DNA of 64,000 bases, taken from positions 147,190,001 to 147,254,000 of the forward strand of contig NC_086097.1 of NCBI RefSeq assembly GCF_963921235.1, read 5' to 3'. This document shows positions 39,241 through 50,584 of this stretch, one piece after another; positions within the stretch are counted from its first letter, which is position 1, and every line of letters begins with the position of its first letter. A program made the position numbers and the translations under genes. The notes beneath the pieces are model-generated. The model searched no databases. It had not been told where the DNA came from and was given only the letters and a program-made list of their open reading frames with translations. This DNA comes from Mobula hypostoma (taxonomy: Eukaryota).

Positions 39241-42200
39241 CCTTTCAACATTCAAAAGGTTTCAACAAGATCCCCCCTCATCCTTTTAAATTCCAGAGAG
39301 TACAGACCCAGAGCTATCAAACATTCCTCGTATGAAAACCCTTTCATTTCCGGAATCATCCCTGTGGACCTCCTCTGAACCCTCTCCAATGGCAGCACAT
39401 CTTTTCTTAGATGAAGAGCCCAAAACTGTTCACAATACTCAAGGTGAGGCCTCACCAGTACCTTATAAAGCCTCAGCATCACATCCCTGCTCTTGTATTC
39501 TAGACCTCTTGAAATGAATGCTAACATTGCATTTGCTTTCCTCAACACCTACTCTATCTGCAAGTTAACCTTTAGGTTGTTCTGCACAAGTACTCCCAAG
39601 TCCCTATGTATCTCAGATTTTTGGATTTTTTCCCCATTTCAAAAATAGTCTGTGCATTTATTTCTTCTACCAAAGTGCATCACCATATATTTTCCAACAT
39701 TGTAGTTCATTTGCCACTTTCTTGCCCATTTTCCTAATCTGACTGAGTCCTTCTGCAGCCTAGCAGTTTCCTCAATACTACCTGTCCCTCCTCCAATTTT
39801 CGTATCATCTGCAAACTCGGCAACAAAGTCATCTATTCCACCATCTAAATCATTGATACATACTGTGACGAGAATACACATAAAATTAAGATGTTTGCTG
39901 GCCTGGGTTAGCATCAGTGACATCAGCAAGTGGTCTGCCACCTGCCCTCAGGGGAAGGAGAGATAAGGAACAATGGAGCAGCGTCTGGAGATGTGTAATG
40001 AAGGGACGGGGGAGAGAGAGCTGTCTGGAGCGGCTCCCTCCTTTGAACCTTGAACTGTTTGAAGTGATGGACAGGCGATACCCCTGCAGGGGGATAAAAA
40101 GGGACCGGTTCGCTAAGGCAGGACACACGCCACCCGAGGTAACGAGACCCTGGAAGCGGTACGCTTCTCACGAGTCGGTGGGAAGTACCAGACAACGGCC
40201 AGGGTGGAAAGGTACGATCAGCGGGAACCCGGTGTGTGTCCGCCCTTGCCTGGGTGCCGGGTTCACTGCAGAGGATCGACCGCATCTGGAGGAGGGGTCA
40301 CAGTCGGTGACCTCAGGTGACATCACCAAGGACCCGCCCAAAAGCTGCTTGTGAGCCATCTCGCCGGTCTGTGAGTGAAGCCGTGTCTGAATGATCAGTT
40401 GTTCCTGTTCTCCCTCTCCCCCGCCCCCACGTTGTCCATCGCCATGGAAACGATTACTGCGAACTGAACTTTGAGTCACTTTTAAATTTGGTCATTTACC
40501 CCTAGACAACGATAGAGCTTGATTGATGCTGTTATCTTAATTCTGTGCACATGTGTGTTTATAATCGCTGAACTGTTGCATTTATGATCCTTTCGATTAC
40601 TGTGTTGCTTGTTTCTTTAATAAAACTTCCTTAGTTCTAGTACTCCAGACTCCAACTGAGTGATCCATTTCTGCTGGTTTGGCAACCCAGTTACGGGGTG
40701 CGTAACAATACATAAAAAGAAGAGGTTCCAACACCGACCCCTGTGGAACACCACTAGTCACCGCCAGCCAATCAGAAAAGGACCTTTTTATTCCCATTGG
40801 CTGCCTCTTACCAACCAGCCAATGCTCTAACCATGTTAGTAACTTTCCTGTAATACCATGGGCTCTTAACTTGGCAAGCAGCTTCATGTGTGGCACCTTG
40901 TCAAAAACCTTTTGAAAATCCAAATATACAACATTCATTGCATTTTCTTCATCTATCCTACTTGCAAACTCCTCAAAGAGTTCCAACAGGTTCATCAGGC
41001 AGGATTTTCCCTTAAAAAAACCATGTTGAAACCATGCTGACTTTGTTCTATCTTGTTCTATGTCACCAAGTATCCCATAACCCCATCTTTAACAATTGAC
41101 TTCAACATCTTCCCAACCATTGAGGTCAGGCTAACTGGTCTATAATTCATTTCTGCTGCCTTCCTCCTTTCTTAAAGAGTGGTGTGCCATTTGCAATCTT
41201 CCAGTCCTCTGGCACCAAGCCAGAGTCTAATGATTTTTGAAAGGTCATTACTAATGTTGCCACAATCTCTGCTGCTATCTCTTTCAGAACCCTAGGGTAC
41301 AGTTCTTCTGGCCCGGGTGATTTTCAGCTTTTTGAGACCTTCTCCCTTGTAATAGTAACTGCACTCACTTCTCTTTCCTCACACACTTTAACATCTAACA
41401 TACTGCTAATGTCTTACACAATGAAGACTAATGCAAAAATATTAATTTAGTTCATCTGCCATCTCCTTGTCTCTGTTATTATTTCTCTGGTCTCATTCTC
41501 TAGCAGTCCAATACCAACTTTCATCTCCCTTTTATTTTTTTAATTTTTGAAAAAGCTTTTACTATCCGCTTTGATATTGTATGATATTTTATCTTTTCCT
41601 TCCTAATGATTCTTTCTGTTGCTCTCTGTAGGGTTTTAAAAGCTTCCCAATCCTTTGTCTTCCCACTAATTTTTGTTTTGTTGTATGCCCTCTCTTTTGC
41701 TTTTACAATAGCTTTGACTTCCCTTGTCACCCACAGTTGTACTATTTTGCCATTTGAGTATTTCTTTGTTTTTAGAATGCATCTATCCTACACCTTCATC
41801 ATTTATCCCAGAAACTCAAGGCATTGCAGCTCTGCTGTCATCCCTGCCAGCATCTCCCTCCAATTTATTTTGGTCAACTCCTCTCTCATACCGCTGTAAT
41901 TTCCTTTACTCCACTGAAATACTGCTATGTCAGATTATACTTTCTCCCTATCAAATTTCAAGTTGAACTCAGTCACGTTGTGATCACTGGCTCCTAAGGG
42001 TTCTTTTACCTTAAGCTCCCTAATCGCCTTCGATTCATTACATAACACCCAATCCAGTATAGCTGATCCCTCAGTAGGCTCAACGACAAACTGCTCTAAA
42101 AATCCATCTCTTAGGCATTCAACAAACTTACTCTCTTGAGATCCACTGCCAACTTGACTTTTCCAATCGACGTGCAAGTTGATTTCTCCCATAACTCTCA

Positions 42201-42507
42201 TAACATTGCCTTTTTGACATGCCTTTTCTATTTCCTGTTGTAATCTGTGGTCCACATCCCAGCTACTGTTAGGGGGCCTGTATGTAACTGCCATTAGTGT
42301 CCTTTTACCCTGGCAGTTTCTTAACTCATCCCACAAGGATTCAACATTTTCCAATCTTATGTCACATCTTTCTACTGATTTGATGCCATTCTTTACCAGC
42401 AGAGCCACACCATGTCCCCTGGCTACCTTCCTATCCCTCCAATTCAATGTGTAACCTTGGCCATTAAGTTCCCAACTACAACTATCCTTCAGCCATGATT
42501 CAGTGAT
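39241..42507 (-). mobile_element. Large degenerate CR1 ORF2 (APE + RT) interrupted by a solo LTR
   Basis: YRPPNSS, LGASDHN, VVYLDFQKVFDKVPH, SGVPQGSVL, FADDTKIGG, LYKVLVRPHLEYC across several frames. Confidence 0.9.
39864..40707 (+). mobile_element. Solo LTR (844 bp), CpG-rich
   Basis: TGTGAC...GTAACA termini; perfect ATAC TSD (39860-63, 40708-11); GATAAAAA at about 40093; AATAAA at about 40619; splits CR1 RT at LFMY|INDL. Confidence 0.88.
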
Positions 42508-44210
42508 GTTTGGAGTGTATCATTATTTGTTTGTAAATAAATAATTAGCATGTCTTCTGTCCCACTTACTGAATCTGTGAATCTGCTTCCACACAACATT
42601 TGGTGTAGTCAGCAGGATTTAACGCGTGTAACAGGAGTTTAAAATGTTCAGAGGTAAGAGCAAACAAGAGAACCTCTCATGTGAGGGGTGTCAGGGTGGA
42701 GAAACAACAGTGCAGCTTTTAGCAGTCTTGTCAATCTACTGCAAGGCCACAACATGCCAGTGGATTGCTCAGATGTCGGACGCCCATGGGGAGAAGATTA
42801 GACACCACATTGTGTTCCCAGACAAGAAGGGAAGCCAGAGGCATGACTATCGGCTGCTGGCAACTACTGTAAAGCACCAGCATGGAGAGGGCATGAGATA
42901 GTAAGTCCAAAGAATCAGGCGCAATGCTGCACCAGCACTCTACCACCATAGGGGGAGCTGTCTCATTGACACAGACCAGGGTCAGAGAGCTCCAAGGCAA
43001 GGGTACAGAGATAGCTTGTTGGCTAGTAAAGGTGCAGCAATTAGAGGTTGCCCGACAGGATAATTAGCAATTGGATCTTGTTAAGATCTGAACCTTGATA
43101 CTGTGGGGAGATTATTCCAACACGTGGACAGGGGATGGGAATATCTGGCTGGACGGTGAAGATGGAGAAGAGAGAGAGTAGATCAGAGTCCAATGATTCT
43201 CCATCAAAATGATTGCCCTTTGCACCTTACGCGTAGTATGAGACAGTACAAGCCAGACTGGTAACCACACAGTCCCATAGTAGCATGGGGGGCTTTGGCC
43301 TTGTGGGCTCTCTGACCCTTACAGGGCAGAAGGAGGACAAAGTACAAAAGACCCCTCCAAAACGACAGAGATCAGGGAGTTCTCCACCAAGGAACTGGCA
43401 GGATTGGGGCAGAAAGCCAGGAGAGCTTCAGGCCATGTGGTTGTGAGGGTGGAGTATAGTGGCATATTAGGGTATAGAGAGACGGGCAACCTCAGGGAGG
43501 TGGTTGTCATCCCAACATATGTCAACAGCACCCTGAAGATGCTACCTACTCCCCCTGAGGGTAAGTAATCCTTATGGGATTGGGTGGCAGCAGCAGTCAA
43601 GGTCAGGTACCCTTCCCTCATTGATTGGGATTTAAAATCTTGAGCAGGGTGGAGCACAAAGGAGGAAGCCTTTCACCAGTGTATTCTAATTATAGGTTTA
43701 TACAGTAGTAGTGATACCCACCAGAGGATTCTGAACTAATCCCTGAAATGGTAGGGCATTTTGTTAAGTCAGCAGCTCCACACTCAAAAGGGATGGTACT
43801 GCCTTTAATTGGACCGTGACCAGGGGATACAGTAAATGCAGCCATTCGATTACTGAAAGGGTTGGAGTATGTTGGAGAAGCTACGCATTTTCAGGTCCAA
43901 AGGTTGGACAAGCAGACAGTGTCTGGGGGATCCTGCTTGATGCATAAGGAGATGTTTTAGGCATTGCATAGGTCAGGGGTCTTGAAGGAGCAGGTCAATG
44001 TGGGTCCCACTCCCACGCCCTATGCAATGTGGAGGGAACTCTGCGTGAGTAAGTTGGTCAAAGTAACTGTTAAGGGGGAAGGATGTCACCTTCTTAGGCC
44101 TCCCTAGATAAAGGTTTGTTTGATCCTTCTCTGGATTCCTCATCTCACGATTAAGATTTCCTATATCCTTCACCCTGGAGGCCTTACAAAAAACCCTGAC
44201 AAGGGAACTC
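42508..44210 (+). mobile_element. Endogenous retrovirus-like relic: LTR 3' end, tRNA-Ser PBS, degenerate gag-like region
   Basis: AATAAA then ..ACAACA end at 42598; TGGTGTAGTCAGCAGGATT at 42601-42619 matches the complement of the tRNA-Ser 3' end (TGGCGTAGTCGGCAGGATT) with two CpG-decay changes; WTGDGNIWLDG-like remnant near 43125-43160. Confidence 0.65.
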
Positions 44211-44214
44211 AAAA

Positions 44215-46850
44215 ACAGCTAAAGGAAAAAGAGAGGCATATAACTTAGCCAAAATTGTTGGGAAGTTAGAGCACTGTGAACTTTTAAAGACTAACAGAAG
44301 ACAACTAAAAATCCATAAGGAGAGTAAAGATGAAATACAAAGGCAAGCTAGCTAATAATATAGAAGGGATATCAGATGTCCTTTCAGATATATAAAGAGG
44401 AAAGGGAGGCACGAATGGAATTGGAACACTGGAAAATGACACTGGAGAGGTCGTATTGAAGAACAAAGAAATGGTGTATGAACTGAATTAGCATTTTGTA
44501 TCAGTTTCCACTGTGGAAGAGACTAGCTGTAGACCAGAAATTCACGTGTGATTGCTATTACTAGGGAGAAGGTACTTGACAATCTGAAAAGTCTGAAGGT
44601 AGCTAAGTCACCTGAACTACACCCCTGGATTCTGAAGAAGGTAGACAAAGAGATTAATGAGGCATTATTAATGATTAAGCTGTAGTGTTAGTACAGCTCT
44701 AACACCACATCCAGCTTTGCTGATGACACCACTGTTGTGGGCTGTATCAAAGGTGGTGATGAATCAGCATACAGGAGGGAGATTGTAAATTTGTCTGAGT
44801 GGTGTAATAACAGGAACCTCTCACTCAATATCAATATGACCAAGAAACTGATTGTAGTCTTCAGGAGAAGGAAACCAGAGATCCATCAGCCAATAATCAC
44901 TGGAGGATCAGAGGTGGAGAGGGTCAGTAACTTTAAATTCCTGGGTGTCACTATCCCAGAGGATCTGTCCTGGACTGATCATATGTGCAATTGCAAAGAA
45001 AGCATGACAGCACCTCTATTTCCGCATGAGTCTACAGAGATTTGGCACGACATCAAAAACCTTGGCAAACTTCTACAGATGTGCGGTGGAAAGTGTGCTG
45101 ACTGGCTCCATTACGGCCGGGTATGGGAACACCATTGCCTTTGAATGGAAAATCCTACAGAAAAAGGTAGTGGATTCAGCCTAGTACATTATGGGTAAAA
45201 TCCTCTCAACCATATGAAATGTTGCCTGAGGAAAGCAACATCGATCATCAAAGATCCTCACCACCCAGATGCTCTTTTCTTGCTGCTGCCGTCCGGTAGG
45301 AGGTACAAGTGCCCCAGGACTTGCACCACCAGGTTCAAGGACAGTTACTACCTCTCAACCATCAGTCTCTTGAACAAAAGGAAATAACTACTCTCATTTA
45401 AGGACTCTTTTATCTTGTTATTTTATGCTCATTATTTATTGCCTTTTATTGATATCTGCATTTGCACAGCTTGCTGTCCATTGATTCTGTTTACAGTTAC
45501 TCTTCTATAGATTTGCTAAGTATTCCCGCAGCAAAAGAATCTCCGGATTGTGTGTGGTGACATGTATGCATTTTGATAATAAATTTTACGTTGAACTTTG
45601 AACTTCCAAGAATTATTAGATTCTGAACTAGTTCCAGAGGGCTGAAAAACTGCAAATGTCACACCACTCTTTAAGAAGGAAGGGAGGCAGAAGGAAGGAA
45701 ACTATAGGCCAGTTAGCCTAACTTCAGTGGTTGGGAAGATGTTGGAATCCATTATTAAGGATGACACTTCAGGGTACTTAGATGCACATGATATAATATG
45801 CCAACATCAGCATGGTTTCCTTAAGGGGTTATCTTGCCTGAAAAATCTGTTGAGAAAATAACAGACGAAATAGACAAAGGAGAGTCAATTGATGCTTTTT
45901 AATTGGATTTTCAGAAGGCCTTTGACAAGGCTGCTTAACATGATAAGAGTCCGTGGTATTACAGAAATAATACTAGCTGGGGCAGAAGATTGGCTGACTA
46001 TCAGGAGGTAAAGAGTGAGAATAAAGGGGGCATTTTCTGGTGGGCTGTCATTGACTAGCGGTGTTCTGCAGGGTTTGGTGTTGGGACTGATTCCTTTCAT
46101 ATTATATGTCAATGATCTTGATGGCAGAATTGATGGTCTTGTGGCCAAATTTGTGGACGATACAATAGGTTGAGGGGCAGGTGGTGGTGAAGATGCAGAG
46201 AGCAAAAAAAGGGAATAGGCAGATTAGTAGAATGGGTAAGGAAGTAACAAATGGAATATGTGTAGGAAGTGTATGGTCATGCATTTTGGTAGAAGAAATG
46301 ATGACATAAACTATTCTCTAAATCTGGTAATAATTCAAATACCTGAGGTGTAAATGGACTTGGAAGTCCTTTCCTAAATGTCAACTTGCAAGTTGAGTGG
46401 ATGGTAAGGAAAGCACATGCAATGTTAGCATTCCTTCTTAGAGGACTAGAATATAAAAGCAAGGATAACATATTGAAGCTTTATCAGGCAATGGTCAGAC
46501 AACACAGAGTATTCTCAACAGCTTTAGGCCCTTTATTTAAGAAAAAATGTGCCAGCATTCGAGAGGGACCAGAGGAGGTTCATGAGAATGATTCTGGGAA
46601 TGAAAGGGTTAACAGATGACGGATGTTGATGGCTCCGGGCCTGCACTTGATAGAGTTTAGAAGAATGAGGGGGGAATCTTATTGAAACCTATCAGGGTTT
46701 CCCAACCTTTTTTATGGCATGGACCAACACCACAAGGAGTCCATGGACCCCAGATTGAAAATTTCTGTAATAAATCATCCATGATGGAATGGCGGAGCAA
46801 ACTCGATGATACAAAAAGCCTTATTCTGGTCCTATGTCTTATTTTCTTAT
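44215..46850 (+). mobile_element. Degenerate CR1 with a nested Rex1 3' fragment (about 44680-45604)
   Basis: CR1 NVTPLFKK, NYRPVSLTSVVGK, LDFQKAFDK; Rex1 FADDTTVVG, VSNFKFLG and (GAACTT)n tail. Confidence 0.8.
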
Positions 46851-48106
46851 GGTTCCATTACATTGTCAAGTTCAATAATGAATCAATGGTTGTCATCATC
46901 AACAACAATGAGGTAGCCTTCAGAGAGGAGGTGAAAGGGTTCAAGGCCAGGTGATAGGCGAACAACCAAAGGTGATTGTTATCAACTTCAGGAAACTCAC
47001 TCCTCTCCTTACATTAGCAGCACAGCAGTAGAAACTGTGAGCAATTTTAAATTCCTGGGAGCGCATGTCTTGCACACCCTCTCATCGTCCCAGAAAACAT
47101 CTTACACAAGCAAGAAAGCTCACCAGTCCCTCTACTTTATAAGTAGGTTGAAGGGAAATGGACTATCAACATCAACACTCATGACCTTCTATAGATATGC
47201 TGTATCACTGCATGGTGGGGAAACTACCTTGCTGCAGCCAGGAAGGCTTGGCAATAGGAAGTCAAAACTGCCCAACACATTACCAGCACTAGCCTCCATG
47301 CCACCAAGGACATATATGCAGAAAACTGCAAGAAAATGTCCAGCAGTATCATCCAGGATCCCATCTACCCTGCCTATGGGCAGTTTGTCATTTTCCCATA
47401 GGGAGGAGGCCACATCATATCTATGCCAGGACTACAGGACCCAAAAATAGTTACTTTTCCAGCAGTAAGGCTGATCAACACCTCCACCCACTAAGACACC
47501 CCACCATACCCCATAATGTGATGGTGGTGGGTTGCTGACTGCGAAGTCCTAATCTCAAACAAAGACCTTAAGCCCTATCAGATATAAATAGCACAGGTGC
47601 CCTCACTAAAGGGGAGGTTATACAGTAACTACCCAATCTTTAGAAGCTAGCTCACTTCCTTGTTTATCCACCCTGGTGAGTTCAGCTGCCAGCACCCACT
47701 ATTTAAGCAGCAAGTCCCCTCACCCTACCAAGGAGAAGATACAGTACTTCCAGCTAACAGAGTAGTTTAACCATAATTCATTTATTTTCAGTGATATGGG
47801 TTTAATTTCAATCAACAATCTTAAATCTCTCCTCTCATCTGGTAGGCGCTACAGGAGCCTCCGCTCCCCCACCGGCAGGCACAGGAAGAGCTTCTTCCCT
47901 GAGGCTGTGACACTGCTGAACCTCTCATCACAGCACTAAGCAGTATTGCATCCGTATTGTACTGTCTCAGTACTTTTATAGTTGTGTGCTATAGCACTTT
48001 TTTTATTCACAGTTATTTTGCACATAACACTATTCTTTGCATTTCTGGTCAGATGCTAAATGCATTTCATTGGCTTTGTATCTGTACTCGGCACAATGAC
48101 AATAAA

Positions 48107-48420
48107 GTGTGGGCGCGTGGCCAGGTGGTTAAGGCATTGGACTAGCGACCTGAAGGTCGTGAGTTCGAGCCCCAGCCGAGGCAACATGTTGTGTCCTTGA
48201 GCAAGGCACTTAATCACACATTGCTCTGCGACGACACCGGTGCCAAGCTGTATGGGTCCTAATGCCCTTCCCTTGGACAACATTGGTGTCATGGAGAGGG
48301 AAATCTTGCAGCATGAGCAATTGCTGGTCTTCCATACAACCTTGCCCCGGCCTGCACCCTGGAGAGTGAAGACTTTCCAGGTGCAGATCCATGCTCTCGC
48401 AAGACTAACGGATGCCTTAT
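48107..48420 (+). mobile_element. tRNA-derived SINE with CORE-like domain
   Basis: A box TGGCCAGGTGG, B box GAGTTCGAGCC, then GTGTCCTTGAGCAAGGCACTTAA (MIR-CORE-like). Confidence 0.8.
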
Positions 48421-49562
48421 ATATTTTTAAACACTGGGGTAATGAAATGAAAGAGGGAACAACTAGAAAAGTGGATTAGAAGGAACTAGATCAGTAGTGA
48501 TCTTACTAATGAGTGGAGCAGACTTTTGGAAGTGAAGGGCTCACTCTTGTTCTAATTGTCGACTACCCATATCATGTTAACCTCGGTTATCATTTTTACA
48601 CTTTTGCTCAACTGCATTTGTTTGCATTGGTTCCATTTTCCTTGACATCCTTACCTAATAGACTCAGTTCTGAATTTCTAAAGATCTAAATGTAATAGTT
48701 TTAGCTTTTGGGGAGAAAATTCAAGATTTCTGCACACTTTGATTCCAAATTTCTCTCTAAAATGACCCAGCTCTAATGTTAATATTGTGTCCTTCCATTC
48801 TTAGATCTCAAGTTCAAAAAATATGTGAGCAGTACTAATGGTGCAACAATCTCACTCTGTCTTCCACCCTTACAGTGGCTGATTTACTCTATGTATCTTA
48901 ACGCATTAGTGCAAACTAAATTACAGCCTCCTGAAGCTCATTATCTGTATTGAAGTGTAATGATTTCTGTGGTAAGGAAGACCAACTGGTCACAGAGATT
49001 TGGAAAACCGGTGAAAATAATATAAAACCAGATGTACTCAGATCAACTGGAAATGTCAATGACTTTCTGACCGATGAAGAAACCATCTGAAGCTAATTAG
49101 AACAGGAAATTGCACTTCATACATGCAATGCTACTTCCTGATGTTAAGATTATTTTTTTTAAGTCTGGTGCCAAAATGCAAAGGCAGCCCAGGCAGTGTA
49201 AGTGAAATCTTATGTCAATCACTGGAAGGAAAACTTCTAGACAATGAATTTATTCATTCCCCTGATTATCTGGCCTTCCACAAAGGTCATTTTCTTTAGT
49301 AATGCCAAGTTACAAATTGTTTTTATCTTAATAAGGGAAGAACATTTTAAGTGCTCATATTCTGAGTTGTGTTCAATTTCCACTCCAGAACATTGAACAC
49401 TTTATCTGGAATAATATTTTATTCCAGGATTGAAGAAGCTTTGCATTGATTGAAGATCCATTGTTTAGGGTGAAACGTAAACTAATGTTCAGTAATTCGG
49501 TTGGTTGCTTAGATGATCAAAGAGATTATCATGATCAACTCCATGAGTCCAAATCAACTTAC

Positions 49563-49591
49563 TCAGCTTCCAACTCTCAAACCAATATGTC
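49563..49591 (-). CDS. Candidate micro-exon of host gene (TYWFESWKL)
   Basis: Acceptor cttgttttaag, donor GA|gtaagt; 29 nt, phase 2 to 1; in frame with 55763-55818. Confidence 0.5.
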
Positions 49592-50029
49592 CTTAAAACA
49601 AGTGAAATGACAATCTTATCCCAACCTAAAATACACAGCCTCTCTATTACTACACCAAGAGATTAATATAAAAATAAAATGATGGAAAATGAAGTCATTT
49701 TGGGAAATTCAGTGACATTCTTCTTAGTGCAAGGCAATGTAATAAACCTTTCTGGGTATATAGTAACTGATAAATCTTTCTAAATTTTGTAATTTGTCCA
49801 TGTTACTGAAACAAACACATTCCTCTCAGTTACTTGGTCAGTTTCCTTTTGATCAGCTTTTATTGCATGATTTGAAATTCTGAATAAAAATAGTTATGTG
49901 AAAATTTGCTAATCCAAAAGTAACATTTCTGTGAAAATAAATACTTCTTAACATTGCAACTGAACTACTTTTATTCCAATTTCCTTTCTTTCCATTTCAA
50001 ATAATATTCTGAATTTAACAGAATTTAAC

Positions 50030-50490
50030 ATCTTCATCATGTTCAAATTTGCTGATGATACAAAGATTGGAGGTGCAGTAGACAGTGAGGAAGGTTTTCA
50101 GAACCTGCAGAAGGACTTGCACCAGCTGGAAAAATGGGCTGAAAAATGGCAGATGGAGTTTAATACAGACAAGTGTGAGGTATTGCACGTTGGAAGGACA
50201 AACCAAGGTAGAACATACAGGGTTAATGGTAAGGCACTGAGGAGTGCAGTAGAACAGAGGGATCTGGGAATACAGATACAAAATTCCCTAAAAGTGGCAT
50301 CACAGGTAGATAGGGTTGTAAAGAGAGCTTTTGGTACATTGGCCTTTATTAATCAAAGTATTGAGTATAAGAGCTGGAATGTTATGATGAGGATGTATAA
50401 GGCATTGGTGAGGCCGAATCTGGCGTATTGTGTTCAGTTTTGGTCACCAAATTACAGGAAGGATATAAATAAGGTTGAAAGAGTGCAGAG
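50030..50490 (+). mobile_element. Older CR1 copy, left part (target of the full-length insertion)
   Basis: FKFADDTKIGG...KVERVQR; the reading continues RFTRML at about 55158. Confidence 0.9.
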
Positions 50491-50584
50491 AAACATAGAA
50501 ACATAGAAAATAGGTGCAGGAGTAGGCCATTCGGCCCTTCGAGCCTGCACCGCCATTTATTATGATCATGGCTGATCATCCAAC

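Noticed and set aside
48107..48185. tRNA gene
   Set aside because: A and B boxes are present, but there is no proper acceptor stem or poly-T terminator and it continues into a CORE-like SINE body.
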